A stretch of DNA of 64,000 bases from Candidatus Baldrarchaeum yapensis. Lineage in GTDB: Archaea > Asgardarchaeota > Baldrarchaeia > Baldrarchaeales > Baldrarchaeaceae. The notes beneath the pieces were generated by a model. That model did not search any database. It saw nothing but the letters and a program-made list of their open reading frames with translations, and was not told where the DNA came from. Positions 48,445 through 58,779 of this stretch are shown piece after piece. The position numbers and the translations under genes are program-made. Numbering within the stretch: the stretch's first letter is position 1; every line of letters starts with the position of its first letter. The stretch covers positions 19,904 through 83,903 of the forward strand of contig JAEOSH010000004.1 of NCBI GenBank assembly GCA_016840465.1. The letters are read 5' to 3'.

Positions 48445-50377
48445 TGAGGTACGATTACTTGGACACAATACTTTACCCGCAGGGAGAGCGGAACATATTC
48501 ACGGATCGAGAGGATGTGCTTAAAAAGTTGGAAGTTTCCCTTGAAAGGGTGAAGGCAGGAGAATTTCGAGGTTTTCTTTTCATAGGCATAAGAAGATGCG
48601 GAAAAACGCTTATACTTAAGGAATTTTTGAAAAGAATAATAGGAGATCCTTCTATTAACGTATTCTACGTGGATTGTGAGAGCATTCCGCGTCAGCCTGA
48701 TATCTTTACCGACCGACTCATGAGTTGGTTCGTATACTGGTGCATCGAACGGGGGCGTGGCACACCTGAGCGCTATATGAACTTGGAGAATCTTCCGTTC
48801 TGACTCTCCGCCACTTTTGTTGCATTCGATGCGTGTGTAGCGGAGAGTCTTCCCGTCTCGGGGTCCATCGACGGGCCTTCGCGGGGAACGGTACTCCGCA
48901 CATCCATCTGGCCACTCGCTCCGCCCTTTCGGGCTTCCCCTCCCTCTTACCACCCATCCCACATCCCGGGCGGAGCCATTTGACATAACAAAACCTTCCT
49001 TTATAAGGGTTTTGAGGTTGCAAAAGTGCATGAAAGCAACGAATGCAACACTATACGTTTCTGCCCCACATCATCGAGACCTTAGAGGCAGTTCCAGAGG
49101 GGTTGAAGCAGGCCGTGAGGGAGTATTTGGAAGCGCGAGGCATCGATATAAAGTTGAGAATAGCACTCTCCACGCCGCTTAGATTGAAACGCCCGGCGGT
49201 CATGATATTTGACGAGTTCCAAGATGCAATCGAGACCTTCTCACTCATGAAAATAGACATACTCGGAATTATGCGGGAGATCATGCGAGGGCGGGTTCTA
49301 TTAGTACTCTCCGGGTCCATTCGCAGCATAATGGAGAGGGTGGTCAAAACAGGAGAGGGCAGATACTTCCTCCAAATGGAGAGAATCGAGTTGGAGAGTT
49401 TCGATACGAAGAGCACGTGGGAAATGATTGAGAAAATCTGGGGGATGCCGGTATCGGGAAAAACGGTAAGAGAAATCATGAGGTTAACTGGGGGCTTTCC
49501 CTTCTATATCCACACGGTTCTCGAAAGGGCGCTCGAGAACTCAAAAATTTTCGGTGGACGACCCGAAGATTACATAGAACTATCCTTTTTCCAAGAGGCG
49601 TGTTCGAGCGGCGGGAAAATCTACGAACATTGTCGCTACCTCTGGACAGATTACGTGAGGTATGCTAAACGAAGGGCCCTGCTGAGATCGATTTTGGAGA
49701 AAATTGCAATACATGGAGAACTGACGCTCACAGATCTCGCCAAGATGTTGGGAAGAGACGCCTCCTACGTTCAAAAGTACTTGGACGAGTTGCTGAACCT
49801 TGGGCTGATAAAGAAAAGAGGAAGAAGATTTTCCATCTTCAACAGAGTTTTTTCCTTCTGGATACTTGCACGTAGAGAGATTCCTGAAGTGTCTAGGATC
49901 CCCTTCGGGGAGAAAGCGCTACTAGAAAGACTGAGAGAGTTGGAAAGACGCACATCTAAGGTGGAAAGATCAATTGCCATAGGATTTGAAGCGTGGGTTC
50001 AGCGCGTATTGGAAAATGTTGCGGGAAAAACAATAGGAGCTCGTGAAGTCGGGATCACAAAGTTGGAGAAGGTGACACTCCCCAGTAACGTGAGAAAGAA
50101 TCCCATTAAACGGATCGGGGATGAAGTTTTTGAAGCCGATCTAGAGTTCTCAAACGGTATGAAATGTATAGTTGAAGTGACCGTCAAACGGGTTGATGCC
50201 GAGTACCTCAAGGAAATTGAAGAGATATGGCAGGCGGATATTCACTGGGTAGTGTCCAGAGAAGGTTTCACCACGTCCGCAGTTAAGTACGCTATGGAGA
50301 AAGAAAACTTCATACTCAGCGATTTGGAGGCAATAAACATGCTTTCGAGAAAGGTTGGCGTGAAACCATGGAGGTAG
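48438..50377 (+). pseudogene. archaeal ATPase (PF01637-like AAA + C-terminal DUF234/PD-(D/E)xK-like domain) split into two ORFs by an about 240-bp GC-rich insert
   Basis: N-terminal ORF (to 48803) carries Walker A 'GIRRCGKT'. C-terminal ORF (from 49043) carries Walker B 'MIFDEFQ', wH segments and 'EADLEF...CIVEVTVKR'. The frames differ and there are stops in between. Confidence 0.5.
48804..49050. repeat. GC-rich (about 62%) interrupting segment flanked by 11-bp inverted repeats tgttgcattcg (48818-48828) and cgaatgcaaca (49040-49050); candidate MITE-like insertion
   Basis: The IRs are exact reverse complements. There is an internal hairpin ctctccgc/gcggagag (48804-48847), and a C-tract run at 48936-48967 gives G-tracts on the minus strand. 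Confidence 0.4.
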
Positions 50378-50398
50378 CCTCTAAAACGGCGAAAACAT

Positions 50399-51721
50399 CT
50401 ACCCGCATCTTATAGACTTCACACATCTTTTAAAGTCCACTGATGTTACACATTCTTTAATCTTCCTAGAGATGCAACCCATTAGGAGCCCCGATTTGAT
50501 GCCTAACCCTGCTAGCTTCCGCATATACTCATGCGGGTCCTCACCACGGTAAGTTGCCAGAATAAGTTCGGTTGCAACCACGTCTGCACACACCCGTCTC
50601 ACAAGCCTCTTACCTCTATCCGAAAGCCTGAAATCCTCCTCTATGTACCTGTAAACGGAATCGACGATGTCATCGAACCTCTTAGCTGCCTCTAATATGG
50701 TAACCTCCAGGAGAACCTTAGAAAGTTCCTTATGCACTCTCTCCTCGGATGGAACTCCCCTCGCTACCTCTAGATCATGTCTCATAATGCTCCACGCCTT
50801 TAACTTATACATGTTTTTGTCAAAATGCAGAACTGCACCCTCGGTCACGTTACCAAGCCTCTTATTCACCTCCTCAAATGTGCCCATCAATTTCATCAGA
50901 AACTCTCTCAAATTGTCCTCTGACGGGAAGGGCACCCCATGAAGGCCCGTCTCCTCGATTACCTCCGAAACCTCCCCCCTCTCGACTCGAATGATACCAT
51001 ATCTCTTAACTAGAGGGAGCCCATAATCCGCCGCTATATCCTCTCGTTCTTCGGGCGATACGTGCTCGTAATTGTCCCATTCGTCGATGTCCCCTTTTCT
51101 ACGTAAAAGGTGTGTCAACTCGAAGTGTATCCCGGGCTTGAGTTTTTCCACCTTCTCCGTCCTTCTCTTATCCGTAATACCCGTCAAAACCCCGTACTGT
51201 TCCTGAACAGCGGATCCCCACACCTCAAATACCGGAATGTAACCCGCTTCTACCACCGCCATTACCTTTGACCGCAAATACCTCGGCATACGTTTCATAA
51301 CGTCCATAATCCTGCCCTTCGAAACAACTGCTGTCCTCGTCTTCGGAACAACGATAAATCCCCCGTCCTTTCCGTAGATGGGATAAAAGAGGCAGTTAAA
51401 CCCATCCCTCTTAACATCAAGATAAATGAGCCCTGAAAACTCGAGTAGGTTGGATGCCAGCTGCATACTTGGTATCTCAAAACAATACTCGAGCTTTGGC
51501 ATGTTAGGCGTTATCTGGAACCGAACCCTCTCGTTCTCGTGTATCACGACCTTCCCTAACCATCTATCGTGTCGCATCCAGATACTCGCCGTCACCTCAC
51601 CATACCTGTCCACATTTAACTTGAGAGTTCTCCAAACATTCTTCTTGCTCCAATCCGGCAACTTCATCAATCTCGGATCTGCCCAATTATTAGTTTTTCG
51701 CGAAATTGCAATCTCCTCCAA
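50399..51721 (-). CDS. nucleotidyltransferase-superfamily protein, ATP-dependent RNA ligase-like (Rnl3/Pab1020-like)
   Basis: Motif I 'VKRDGFN' (KxDGxN), candidate motif III 'PVFEVWG', motif IV 'EGAVLHF', motif V 'YKLKAW' 12-14 residues later; 130-aa C-terminal domain. Confidence 0.45.
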   Translation of the reverse strand: MEEIAISRKTNNWADPRLMKLPDWSKKNVWRTLKLNVDRYGEVTASIWMRHDRWLGKVVIHENERVRFQITPNMPKLEYCFEIPSMQLASNLLEFSGLIYLDVKRDGFNCLFYPIYGKDGGFIVVPKTRTAVVSKGRIMDVMKRMPRYLRSKVMAVVEAGYIPVFEVWGSAVQEQYGVLTGITDKRRTEKVEKLKPGIHFELTHLLRRKGDIDEWDNYEHVSPEEREDIAADYGLPLVKRYGIIRVERGEVSEVIEETGLHGVPFPSEDNLREFLMKLMGTFEEVNKRLGNVTEGAVLHFDKNMYKLKAWSIMRHDLEVARGVPSEERVHKELSKVLLEVTILEAAKRFDDIVDSVYRYIEEDFRLSDRGKRLVRRVCADVVATELILATYRGEDPHEYMRKLAGLGIKSGLLMGCISRKIKECVTSVDFKRCVKSIRCG

Positions 51722-51965
51722 AATTCGTGAATCATTACGTATTCACGGCGGTCTTAGAGATCCTCCTAGGTGCCTTATAAGTTGATGTGATCGTGCAAAT
51801 ACGCAATTGCGTTTAGTCGCCCCCAGAGACAAATGTTAGGAACAAATTCTTCCAAATTTAACATCGAATCTCGACATAAGTTTCGATTTGACGATCATTA
51901 ACGGACCTCTCAAAACTTATATGAGCGCCGCCCGTATCATGTTCATAGACGCTTTTGTAGGATGA

Positions 51966-52955
51966 GTGGGGATCAAGAGTATAGCGGAGTATAGGGAGGT
52001 AGCGGTCATGCAGGATCTCCTAATTGATCCACTGCTGGCCGTAGTTATCATAATAGTCACAATACTACTGATATTCATACTCTCCGGAATAAAGGTCCTG
52101 GCAGAGTACGAGAGAGCGGTCATCTTCAGGCTGGGAAGGGCGCTTCCGGGAGTAAAGGGGCCGGGGATCATTTACGTCATCCCAATAATCGACAGAATGG
52201 TAAAAGTAGATCTGCGGGAACACTTCTTCGACGTGCCACCCCAGCGTTGCATAACCAAGGATAACGCTCCAGTCGATATCGATGTCCTTATTTACTACAA
52301 GGTGATAAACGCGCGGGACTCCGTAATTAAGGTCCGAAACTTCCGAGATGCCGCGATAGGAATAGCCCAGACGACGCTTAGGAGCGTCATCGGAGACATG
52401 GTGCTTGATGATGTGCTTGCAAAAAGGGAATACATAAACCAAATTCTCAGAGAAAAACTTGACGAGGTAACGGCTAGGTGGGGCGTCAAGATAACCCTCG
52501 TGGAGATAAGGGAAATAACCCCACCGATCAAGGTCACCGAGGCGATGATAAAGCAGATGGAGAGTGAAAGGATAAGAAGGGCCATGATCACCGAGGCGAA
52601 CGGGAAGCGCGAATCCGCGATAAAGGTAGCGGAGGGGGAGAAGCAAGCTGCCATTTTAAGAGCAGAAGGGGAGCGACAAGCTGCAATCTTGAAAGCAGAG
52701 GGAGAAAGACAAGCGATGATACTGAGATCTGAGGGGTTCGCAATGGCACTTGAAAGGATCTTCAACGTTGCGAGAAGGCTCGACCAGAAGACAATGGCGC
52801 TTCAGTACCTCGAAACCTTGAAGACCCTTGGCTCGAGTCCCGCGACAAAGTACGTGTTCCCCGTGGAATTCTTGAGCCTGATGGCACCACTTAGGGAGTT
52901 CCTCCAATCGGTTACTGCTACGACATCCAAATCCGCTAAGTCGTCCGGCGGATAG
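51966..52955 (+). CDS. SPFH/band-7 (stomatin/prohibitin-like) protein with C-terminal repeats
   Basis: N-terminal TM, PHB domain, and repeated 'ILRAEGERQAAILKAEGERQAMILRSEG'. Confidence 0.8.
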   Translation: MGIKSIAEYREVAVMQDLLIDPLLAVVIIIVTILLIFILSGIKVLAEYERAVIFRLGRALPGVKGPGIIYVIPIIDRMVKVDLREHFFDVPPQRCITKDNAPVDIDVLIYYKVINARDSVIKVRNFRDAAIGIAQTTLRSVIGDMVLDDVLAKREYINQILREKLDEVTARWGVKITLVEIREITPPIKVTEAMIKQMESERIRRAMITEANGKRESAIKVAEGEKQAAILRAEGERQAAILKAEGERQAMILRSEGFAMALERIFNVARRLDQKTMALQYLETLKTLGSSPATKYVFPVEFLSLMAPLREFLQSVTATTSKSAKSSGG

Positions 52956-53755
52956 CCAAATCTTCCATTTATTTTTATAGTCAATGATTTAGATGGCGCC
53001 ACCGCATTACGAAGCATATGTTCTAACTAATCTTGCGTCCCTTTGCGAGGATGTTGCCATGGGAGATGCAAGATCCGCGCTCATCGAGTTGCTTTCGCTG
53101 ATGAGAAGTTTCCCTAGACTGATGGCGTGGTTGCTGGAAAAATTAAGACATTGCCATGCCAACATCATCGAGTTAATGCAATCCGCGATAATGGGCGTCA
53201 TACGATCGTATTAGAGGAAAACGCATGTGAATCGCTTATTTTTCAAATATTACTCCTGCTGGTCGAAGAAGGCAATCCGATGAGTACGGATTCGAGTAAG
53301 GCCAATGAACTACCGCTTCTCCTTGAGGAAGTAGAAAAACGTTTTCGCACATCCCCGTCTCTTCATCATAAACATAACATTGAGAGGGTGGAGCGAATAG
53401 TACGGGGAATGCTTGGAAACGATGCCGTCGAGAGGTTTAGGAGGTTCGTCGGGGAGAAACGAGGGAAGTTTGTCGTTAATAATATATGAGAAGTGGTGCA
53501 CGGCCCCTGTCGACTGCCAGTACGCATACGTGCTCTGAGGCACAAGCATACCAGCAGTATGGGACAGGGCTCATAGGCCCATGTGCCGGGGCCCGTGCAC
53601 CATTATATTCTCCAAGGTTTCTGCAAATATTTCTTTCGCATAACCGGCATAACCGCCATCAACCAGCAATAACAACAATGGTGAAAATTTTGTCAATTGG
53701 CATGGAGTTTTCAATTGGAGTTTTCATGGAGGGCGGGGATCGATTTTTGACGGTG

Positions 53756-54910
53756 CTATACTTGTAAAAATTCTTTAAGTAGATGCAATCCGCTTAACGA
53801 TGATTGCAGGGACTCCACTGTTTCCACGGATATAACTTGCACATCTGTTGATATCTGCCTCTTCACTTCCTCCATTCTCTCACTACTGACTACGAGAAAC
53901 CTCTTTCGCACATCACTTTCCGCAAGCCTCTGCAAGGCCTCCTTTACTCCGTCTATTAATACCACCTCAAAGGCTATCACGGGTTCATTGGCTTTAAACC
54001 ATACAACGTCAATGGGGCCCCCTCCGAGGTCGATATTCCGCTTGACATCATACCCCAGACCCCTGCCAACCCTCTCCAGAATGTCGCATATTTTCACGTG
54101 CTTATCGGCATGAGTCCTTACAACAAATAGCCTGTTGGCAAGCCTCAGTATTCTCCGCATGTTCCATTCATCAAACGGCTCACTCAGGTCGAGTTCAATT
54201 CTGTCCTCAGCATCCACCTCATAGTGAAGTAGTTCATTAGGTTCCGCTCTTGCAATTTTTCTCTCCTCACCGCCAACATCGATAGTTTTTCCCTTGAAGT
54301 CAGGCGTTCTCACGAGTTCCGGATCTAACCAGTAAAGGTCGAGTACGCACCTCTCATGCACCTCGTAGCCCGATACCTCCCTCAACCTGTCCACTTGAAC
54401 CATGAGTACCAAGTCGTTGATGGCATCCCTAGGGATAACGAGGTAGACCGTTTTGTTCCCCCTAATGACCTCTCCCAGCCTTCCTAACCTTATAAGTTTA
54501 TTGCCTTTCCGCAGGAAGAAGTACCTCCGCCTCGAAACAACACCCTTTGCGTACTCCGCCAGCGCACCCTCCCATATAATGACCTTATCGCTAAGATACT
54601 CCTTAAGGTCGCTAATGGTCCTCTTGAACTCGTCTCGTGAAACTACAAACTCGAACTCATCAACCCGAGAGCCCCGCCTCAATATGCCCTCCCCGAGTAG
54701 CCATTTCACCAGTGCGGCCACCTCACCCTCTCCGGGACCCCCCGCCTTCTCCCTCGACAATAATCCTTTCTCCATGCACGCTTCTTTCAGCTTCTTACCG
54801 GACAGTGGCTGTACCTCACTGATAATCTCTAATACTGAAAGTACCCACTCACAGTTATAAGGCGACGATACAACAAGAAACTTTAGGGTTTCCATGAGAC
54901 TCGCCATCAA
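53756..54910 (-). CDS. hypothetical protein with C-terminal PD-(D/E)xK-like (Hjc/restriction-endonuclease-like) domain
   Basis: 'GLGYDVKRNIDLGGGPIDVVWFKANEPVIAFEVVLIDGVKEAL' has the GxxD...E-x-K architecture; the N-terminal half is unassigned. Confidence 0.4.
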   Translation of the reverse strand: MMASLMETLKFLVVSSPYNCEWVLSVLEIISEVQPLSGKKLKEACMEKGLLSREKAGGPGEGEVAALVKWLLGEGILRRGSRVDEFEFVVSRDEFKRTISDLKEYLSDKVIIWEGALAEYAKGVVSRRRYFFLRKGNKLIRLGRLGEVIRGNKTVYLVIPRDAINDLVLMVQVDRLREVSGYEVHERCVLDLYWLDPELVRTPDFKGKTIDVGGEERKIARAEPNELLHYEVDAEDRIELDLSEPFDEWNMRRILRLANRLFVVRTHADKHVKICDILERVGRGLGYDVKRNIDLGGGPIDVVWFKANEPVIAFEVVLIDGVKEALQRLAESDVRKRFLVVSSERMEEVKRQISTDVQVISVETVESLQSSLSGLHLLKEFLQV

Positions 54911-55221
54911 GAACGCACCTGCACCAGCATGTCATAATCGAAATAATCAGCGTCAACCGGATAATAAAGGATGCTCTTTATGAAGTCCATCTGTGGGGCA
55001 AAAAGGCGATTAAAACTTCTAATTGCGTGCAAGTCGGAAAATTCGCCGATATTATACTGTAACATACAATGATATGCAATGCGGTAGGATTAAACAAGTA
55101 GCAGGTAAAAATGTGATCCTGTGCTTGAAATGTCGCTTCATCTATGGTGAAAAGAAATACATAAAGCATCGTGACGGTAACATTTCATAAAGTCGTGAAA
55201 TTTCCCGTCATTTAGGAGAGG

Positions 55222-56412
55222 GTGCTGATGAGGTTTAGTGAGTACGCTATGAGCATCATAAGGAGGATCATCGAGGAAACCGATGGCAGGCTTCCGGGTA
55301 GTGACAATGAAAGAAAGGCTGCGGAGATGATAGCCGAGGAGTTACGGAAGTACTGCGATGAGGTGCACATCGAGGATTTTGAACTTAGGCCCGGTGGATT
55401 TCTAGGCTTTATACCGATAAGTGTGGCATTAATAGTGGTGGCATACATCCTCTGGTTCCTACCGCCGCTGTCTCTCGTGTTTGCCTTAGCGGCATTTGTC
55501 ATCACCTATATGGAGTTCTTCAGGTACGCTGAGTTTGTAGATCCCTTGTTTCCCAAGAGAATATCACAAAACGTTTACGGGAAGATAAAAGCGAAGGGGG
55601 AGAGAAGGAAACTCATAATAGTGTCTGGACATCACGACTCGGCACCCGTGTACCTTCTGATGCAACTCAACCCTTACTTCTACGTATTCGAAGTTCTGCT
55701 GGCGTTCATAACGCTAGGAACGATGATCATCGCCGCTCTTATCGGCACAGTCACCTATTTCATCAGTATACCGATTCTGGATCTCGTAAGAGAAATCCTT
55801 AGGATCGCATTACTCGTAATGTTACCCCTAGCGTTTCCAATGGTCTTCTTCAGATCGATAAGCAGAGGGACTCCAGGAGCCACGGACAATCTCTCAGCAG
55901 TTGCGGTGGCGCTGGCAGTTGCAAAATATCTACATGAAAACCCAGATGTTATCCCCGAGGGAACAGAGGTGTGGATTGCATCTTTCGGTTCCGAGGAGGC
56001 TGGATTGCGGGGGTCCAGAAGGTTCGTCAGAAGACATCTGGAGGAACTGGAAGGTCAGGAAACTTACGTGCTCAATATGGAGATGCTGGTAAATCCGGAG
56101 GAACTTGCAATTATAACGAGAGAAAAAACTACAAGAACAAAATTATCGCAATTACTGGCTCAGAAACTCAAAAAGATCTGTGAAGACATAGGCATAAAAA
56201 TAAAAATGGCAGAGTTGCCAACAATAGGCGGTGGGACCGATGCAGTTTCATTCGCAAGGGCGGGAATAGATGCGGTGACGATAATAGGTGCGGAGTTCAG
56301 CATTAAGACCTTCAGATACTATCATACCGTGAGGGATACACCCGATAAGATAAATCCCGAAATTCTAGACCTTGCCGGAAGGATCATCATCGAGGGAATA
56401 AAGAAACTTTAA
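55222..56412 (+). CDS. M28-family Zn peptidase with membrane-spanning segments
   Basis: 'VSGHHDSAPV', 'SFGSEEAGLRGS', 'GGGTDAVSF'. Confidence 0.6.
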   Translation: MLMRFSEYAMSIIRRIIEETDGRLPGSDNERKAAEMIAEELRKYCDEVHIEDFELRPGGFLGFIPISVALIVVAYILWFLPPLSLVFALAAFVITYMEFFRYAEFVDPLFPKRISQNVYGKIKAKGERRKLIIVSGHHDSAPVYLLMQLNPYFYVFEVLLAFITLGTMIIAALIGTVTYFISIPILDLVREILRIALLVMLPLAFPMVFFRSISRGTPGATDNLSAVAVALAVAKYLHENPDVIPEGTEVWIASFGSEEAGLRGSRRFVRRHLEELEGQETYVLNMEMLVNPEELAIITREKTTRTKLSQLLAQKLKKICEDIGIKIKMAELPTIGGGTDAVSFARAGIDAVTIIGAEFSIKTFRYYHTVRDTPDKINPEILDLAGRIIIEGIKKL

Positions 56413-58522
56413 TCGGAACGAAAAATCCTCCTTTCCGATTTTTCCTGTATGTGAACCTCCGAATATGAGAAACGCCCCGTAATAATTCCTGTCTGAAAAG
56501 ATAAACAAGTGAGCACATCCATGCAATCGCAGATATCGATACAATCGCGTTTCTAAGCGGTATCGCATGCACTCTTATCTCGATGACGTGTGACCCCTCA
56601 GAAACCCTAATGGCGTATATCTTTGGATATGCCACCTCGAAATCTTCAACGACCTTACCGTCCATTTTCACCTCCAAATAAGGGTCGACAAGTACGGGAA
56701 TTATTACCCAAGAGCTTCTATTAACCGAAACTTCGACCCTAAGCATGTCCTCTTTTTGGATTACATGAACATACAAGAGAGGATCGCTGTGCGGTGGTAT
56801 TTCATCGAGGCTTCTCGGGATATAACTAAGGGCGAACACGGGGGTAAAATTCTCCACTCTGAACAAGTACCTGCTTCCGCACACCTCAATGAGTGTTATT
56901 TCATTCGTGGAGGTCGCAACTCTTAGGAGAGTTTCGAGTATTTTTTCGGAGAGTTCCGGAAATATTGGATCATCGCGCTCCACGATTATATACTTGACCC
57001 CGAGATAGCGTAGGAGACGTATCGTTGCGATCGGATTGTTTATAATGCTCCTTTCGAGATACGCATGCTTATCGTACATAACTAGGCAACCTAAGACCTC
57101 AAAGACCTCGGGAGGAAGACTTTGGGGGTACCAGCCGCAGACCGTCGGGTGGTTTGTGTAAAGGGGTGCCATTGCCCCCCAGTACTCCTGTGGCAGATCT
57201 AAGGTTCGGTACCAGCAGTCATCATCGCAGATCCTTTCATATATTTCGCCGTAATTGTCGGGATAAATTCTATTGTGGATCCTCTGAAGAGATACGGCAG
57301 ATTTTACAAATATTCCGCAGATGACTGCAGATACTGCAAGCATCATTAGCGACAGCGCTATCGCAGCTCTTCTATCCATCTCAGACACATAATATGCACA
57401 AATCATCAAACCTAATGAGCAGAGAACTGTGAACGTACGATCGCCTCCAGCCACCGAGAACCATTCGATATCTAACGCCGACAACGCAAGCACGAGGATC
57501 ATTATTAGAAGGTGGTACTTAAGAACGCGAACCCAGAAAACCTTCTTGAAGCGCCCAAGTCTGCACGCTCTCACATATATTATGGATAAAAAAACAAACG
57601 TGTACATGATTGCCATCACATAAATCTCCAACATGGAAAGCTGTAGAACCCTGCACATCCATTCCCATCCCCTTTCGGAGGAAACGGAAGTTGCGGGCAA
57701 CGGTGTACCCTCAAGCGTAAAGTAATCATAAAGGAAGAATCCTGTAAGAGCCGCGGATATCAACCCTACCCTTATAAGTCCCGGAATGTCGCGCTTGACC
57801 ACCAGCCAAACAGCTGTTAATACCGTCATCCAGAAGCCTATTGCCATGTTTAGTAACATCATTATCGAGAGGGTTGCCGCAATTTTCACCTCATAATGAG
57901 ATTTTCGTTCTTCCGCTGAGAGTTTGCTTAGGAAGAGCACGTGCCATGGTATGACAACCATCGAGAGCGATTGACCTATAGATCCCCACAGCCATGTTGT
58001 GACAAAAATTGCGGGAGAGTAAGTATAAGCGACCGCAAACACCATGGAGGCCCTCTTGTCGCCGGTCAGGCGCATTAGCACCTTATACGTGGAGATGTAG
58101 GATAAGATGGGTACGGAACTCAGCAGTATGCGTACAGCGATGTTAAGCGGAAAAATGAACGCGAGGAGCGCTATCAGTAGGTATCCGAGTGGAGAGTAAC
58201 TCCTCAGGAACGGGTTGCCGAGATACCAGGACCAATCCCAGACTCCCCATAGCCATGGCGGTAACGTCACCATCTGATGTTTTAAAACCAATGCCTTTAC
58301 AGCATGAGTCATCGTGTCATTTCCGGTGATGGAAACATCCACCAGCACTATTATTAATAGCATTGGTAAAAGCGCTACAATATGCGGGACAAGAGACAAA
58401 CTTTCTGAAAGTATTATTCGTAATGTCGCCTTTAACGGTCCCCTTTTGAAATTATCCCCCAAGAGCACTTGCCTCCGGGTCTCAAGTATGCTCTTCGGAG
58501 TCAAGCACTCGTAGATCTCCAC
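56387..58522 (-). CDS. large polytopic membrane protein (GT-C-like glycosyltransferase/DUF2079-like?)
   Basis: 711 aa with more than 12 TM, then a C-terminal soluble beta-rich domain. Confidence 0.45.
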   Translation of the reverse strand: MEIYECLTPKSILETRRQVLLGDNFKRGPLKATLRIILSESLSLVPHIVALLPMLLIIVLVDVSITGNDTMTHAVKALVLKHQMVTLPPWLWGVWDWSWYLGNPFLRSYSPLGYLLIALLAFIFPLNIAVRILLSSVPILSYISTYKVLMRLTGDKRASMVFAVAYTYSPAIFVTTWLWGSIGQSLSMVVIPWHVLFLSKLSAEERKSHYEVKIAATLSIMMLLNMAIGFWMTVLTAVWLVVKRDIPGLIRVGLISAALTGFFLYDYFTLEGTPLPATSVSSERGWEWMCRVLQLSMLEIYVMAIMYTFVFLSIIYVRACRLGRFKKVFWVRVLKYHLLIMILVLALSALDIEWFSVAGGDRTFTVLCSLGLMICAYYVSEMDRRAAIALSLMMLAVSAVICGIFVKSAVSLQRIHNRIYPDNYGEIYERICDDDCWYRTLDLPQEYWGAMAPLYTNHPTVCGWYPQSLPPEVFEVLGCLVMYDKHAYLERSIINNPIATIRLLRYLGVKYIIVERDDPIFPELSEKILETLLRVATSTNEITLIEVCGSRYLFRVENFTPVFALSYIPRSLDEIPPHSDPLLYVHVIQKEDMLRVEVSVNRSSWVIIPVLVDPYLEVKMDGKVVEDFEVAYPKIYAIRVSEGSHVIEIRVHAIPLRNAIVSISAIAWMCSLVYLFRQELLRGVSHIRRFTYRKNRKGGFFVPIKVSLFPR

Positions 58523-58779
58523 TCACGGCACTTCTAGTACTTTGGGATCGATCATTATTAAAATACTATGTCTCTGTCCTTCTTGGAGTTGACAATAAAA
58601 TAAATTTTTAAGAAACGCTCAATGTACAACCCATTGCGGCTCGGAGCGTTGGTTATTGATGCGACGATTGCCGAGCGGCTACGGGAATTGCGCAGAAAAC
58701 TTTCGTATAACATGTGGTAACTGTTGCATCTCAGCATCGATGCATTTATTGAAGCGCGGAGCCAATGATAGGGTGAGGG

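Noticed and set aside
48804-49042. GC-rich insert as a known structural RNA (SRP RNA, RNase P RNA or tRNA-like)
   Set aside because: No recognisable conserved motifs of SRP domain IV or the RNase P P4 helix, and the segment is too short. Retained only as a generic structured-RNA/MITE candidate.
52600-52760. Roughly 33-bp DNA repeats in the SPFH gene
   Set aside because: This is in-frame coding repetition of 'AEGERQAAIL'-type units typical of stomatin C-termini, not a CRISPR or mobile repeat.
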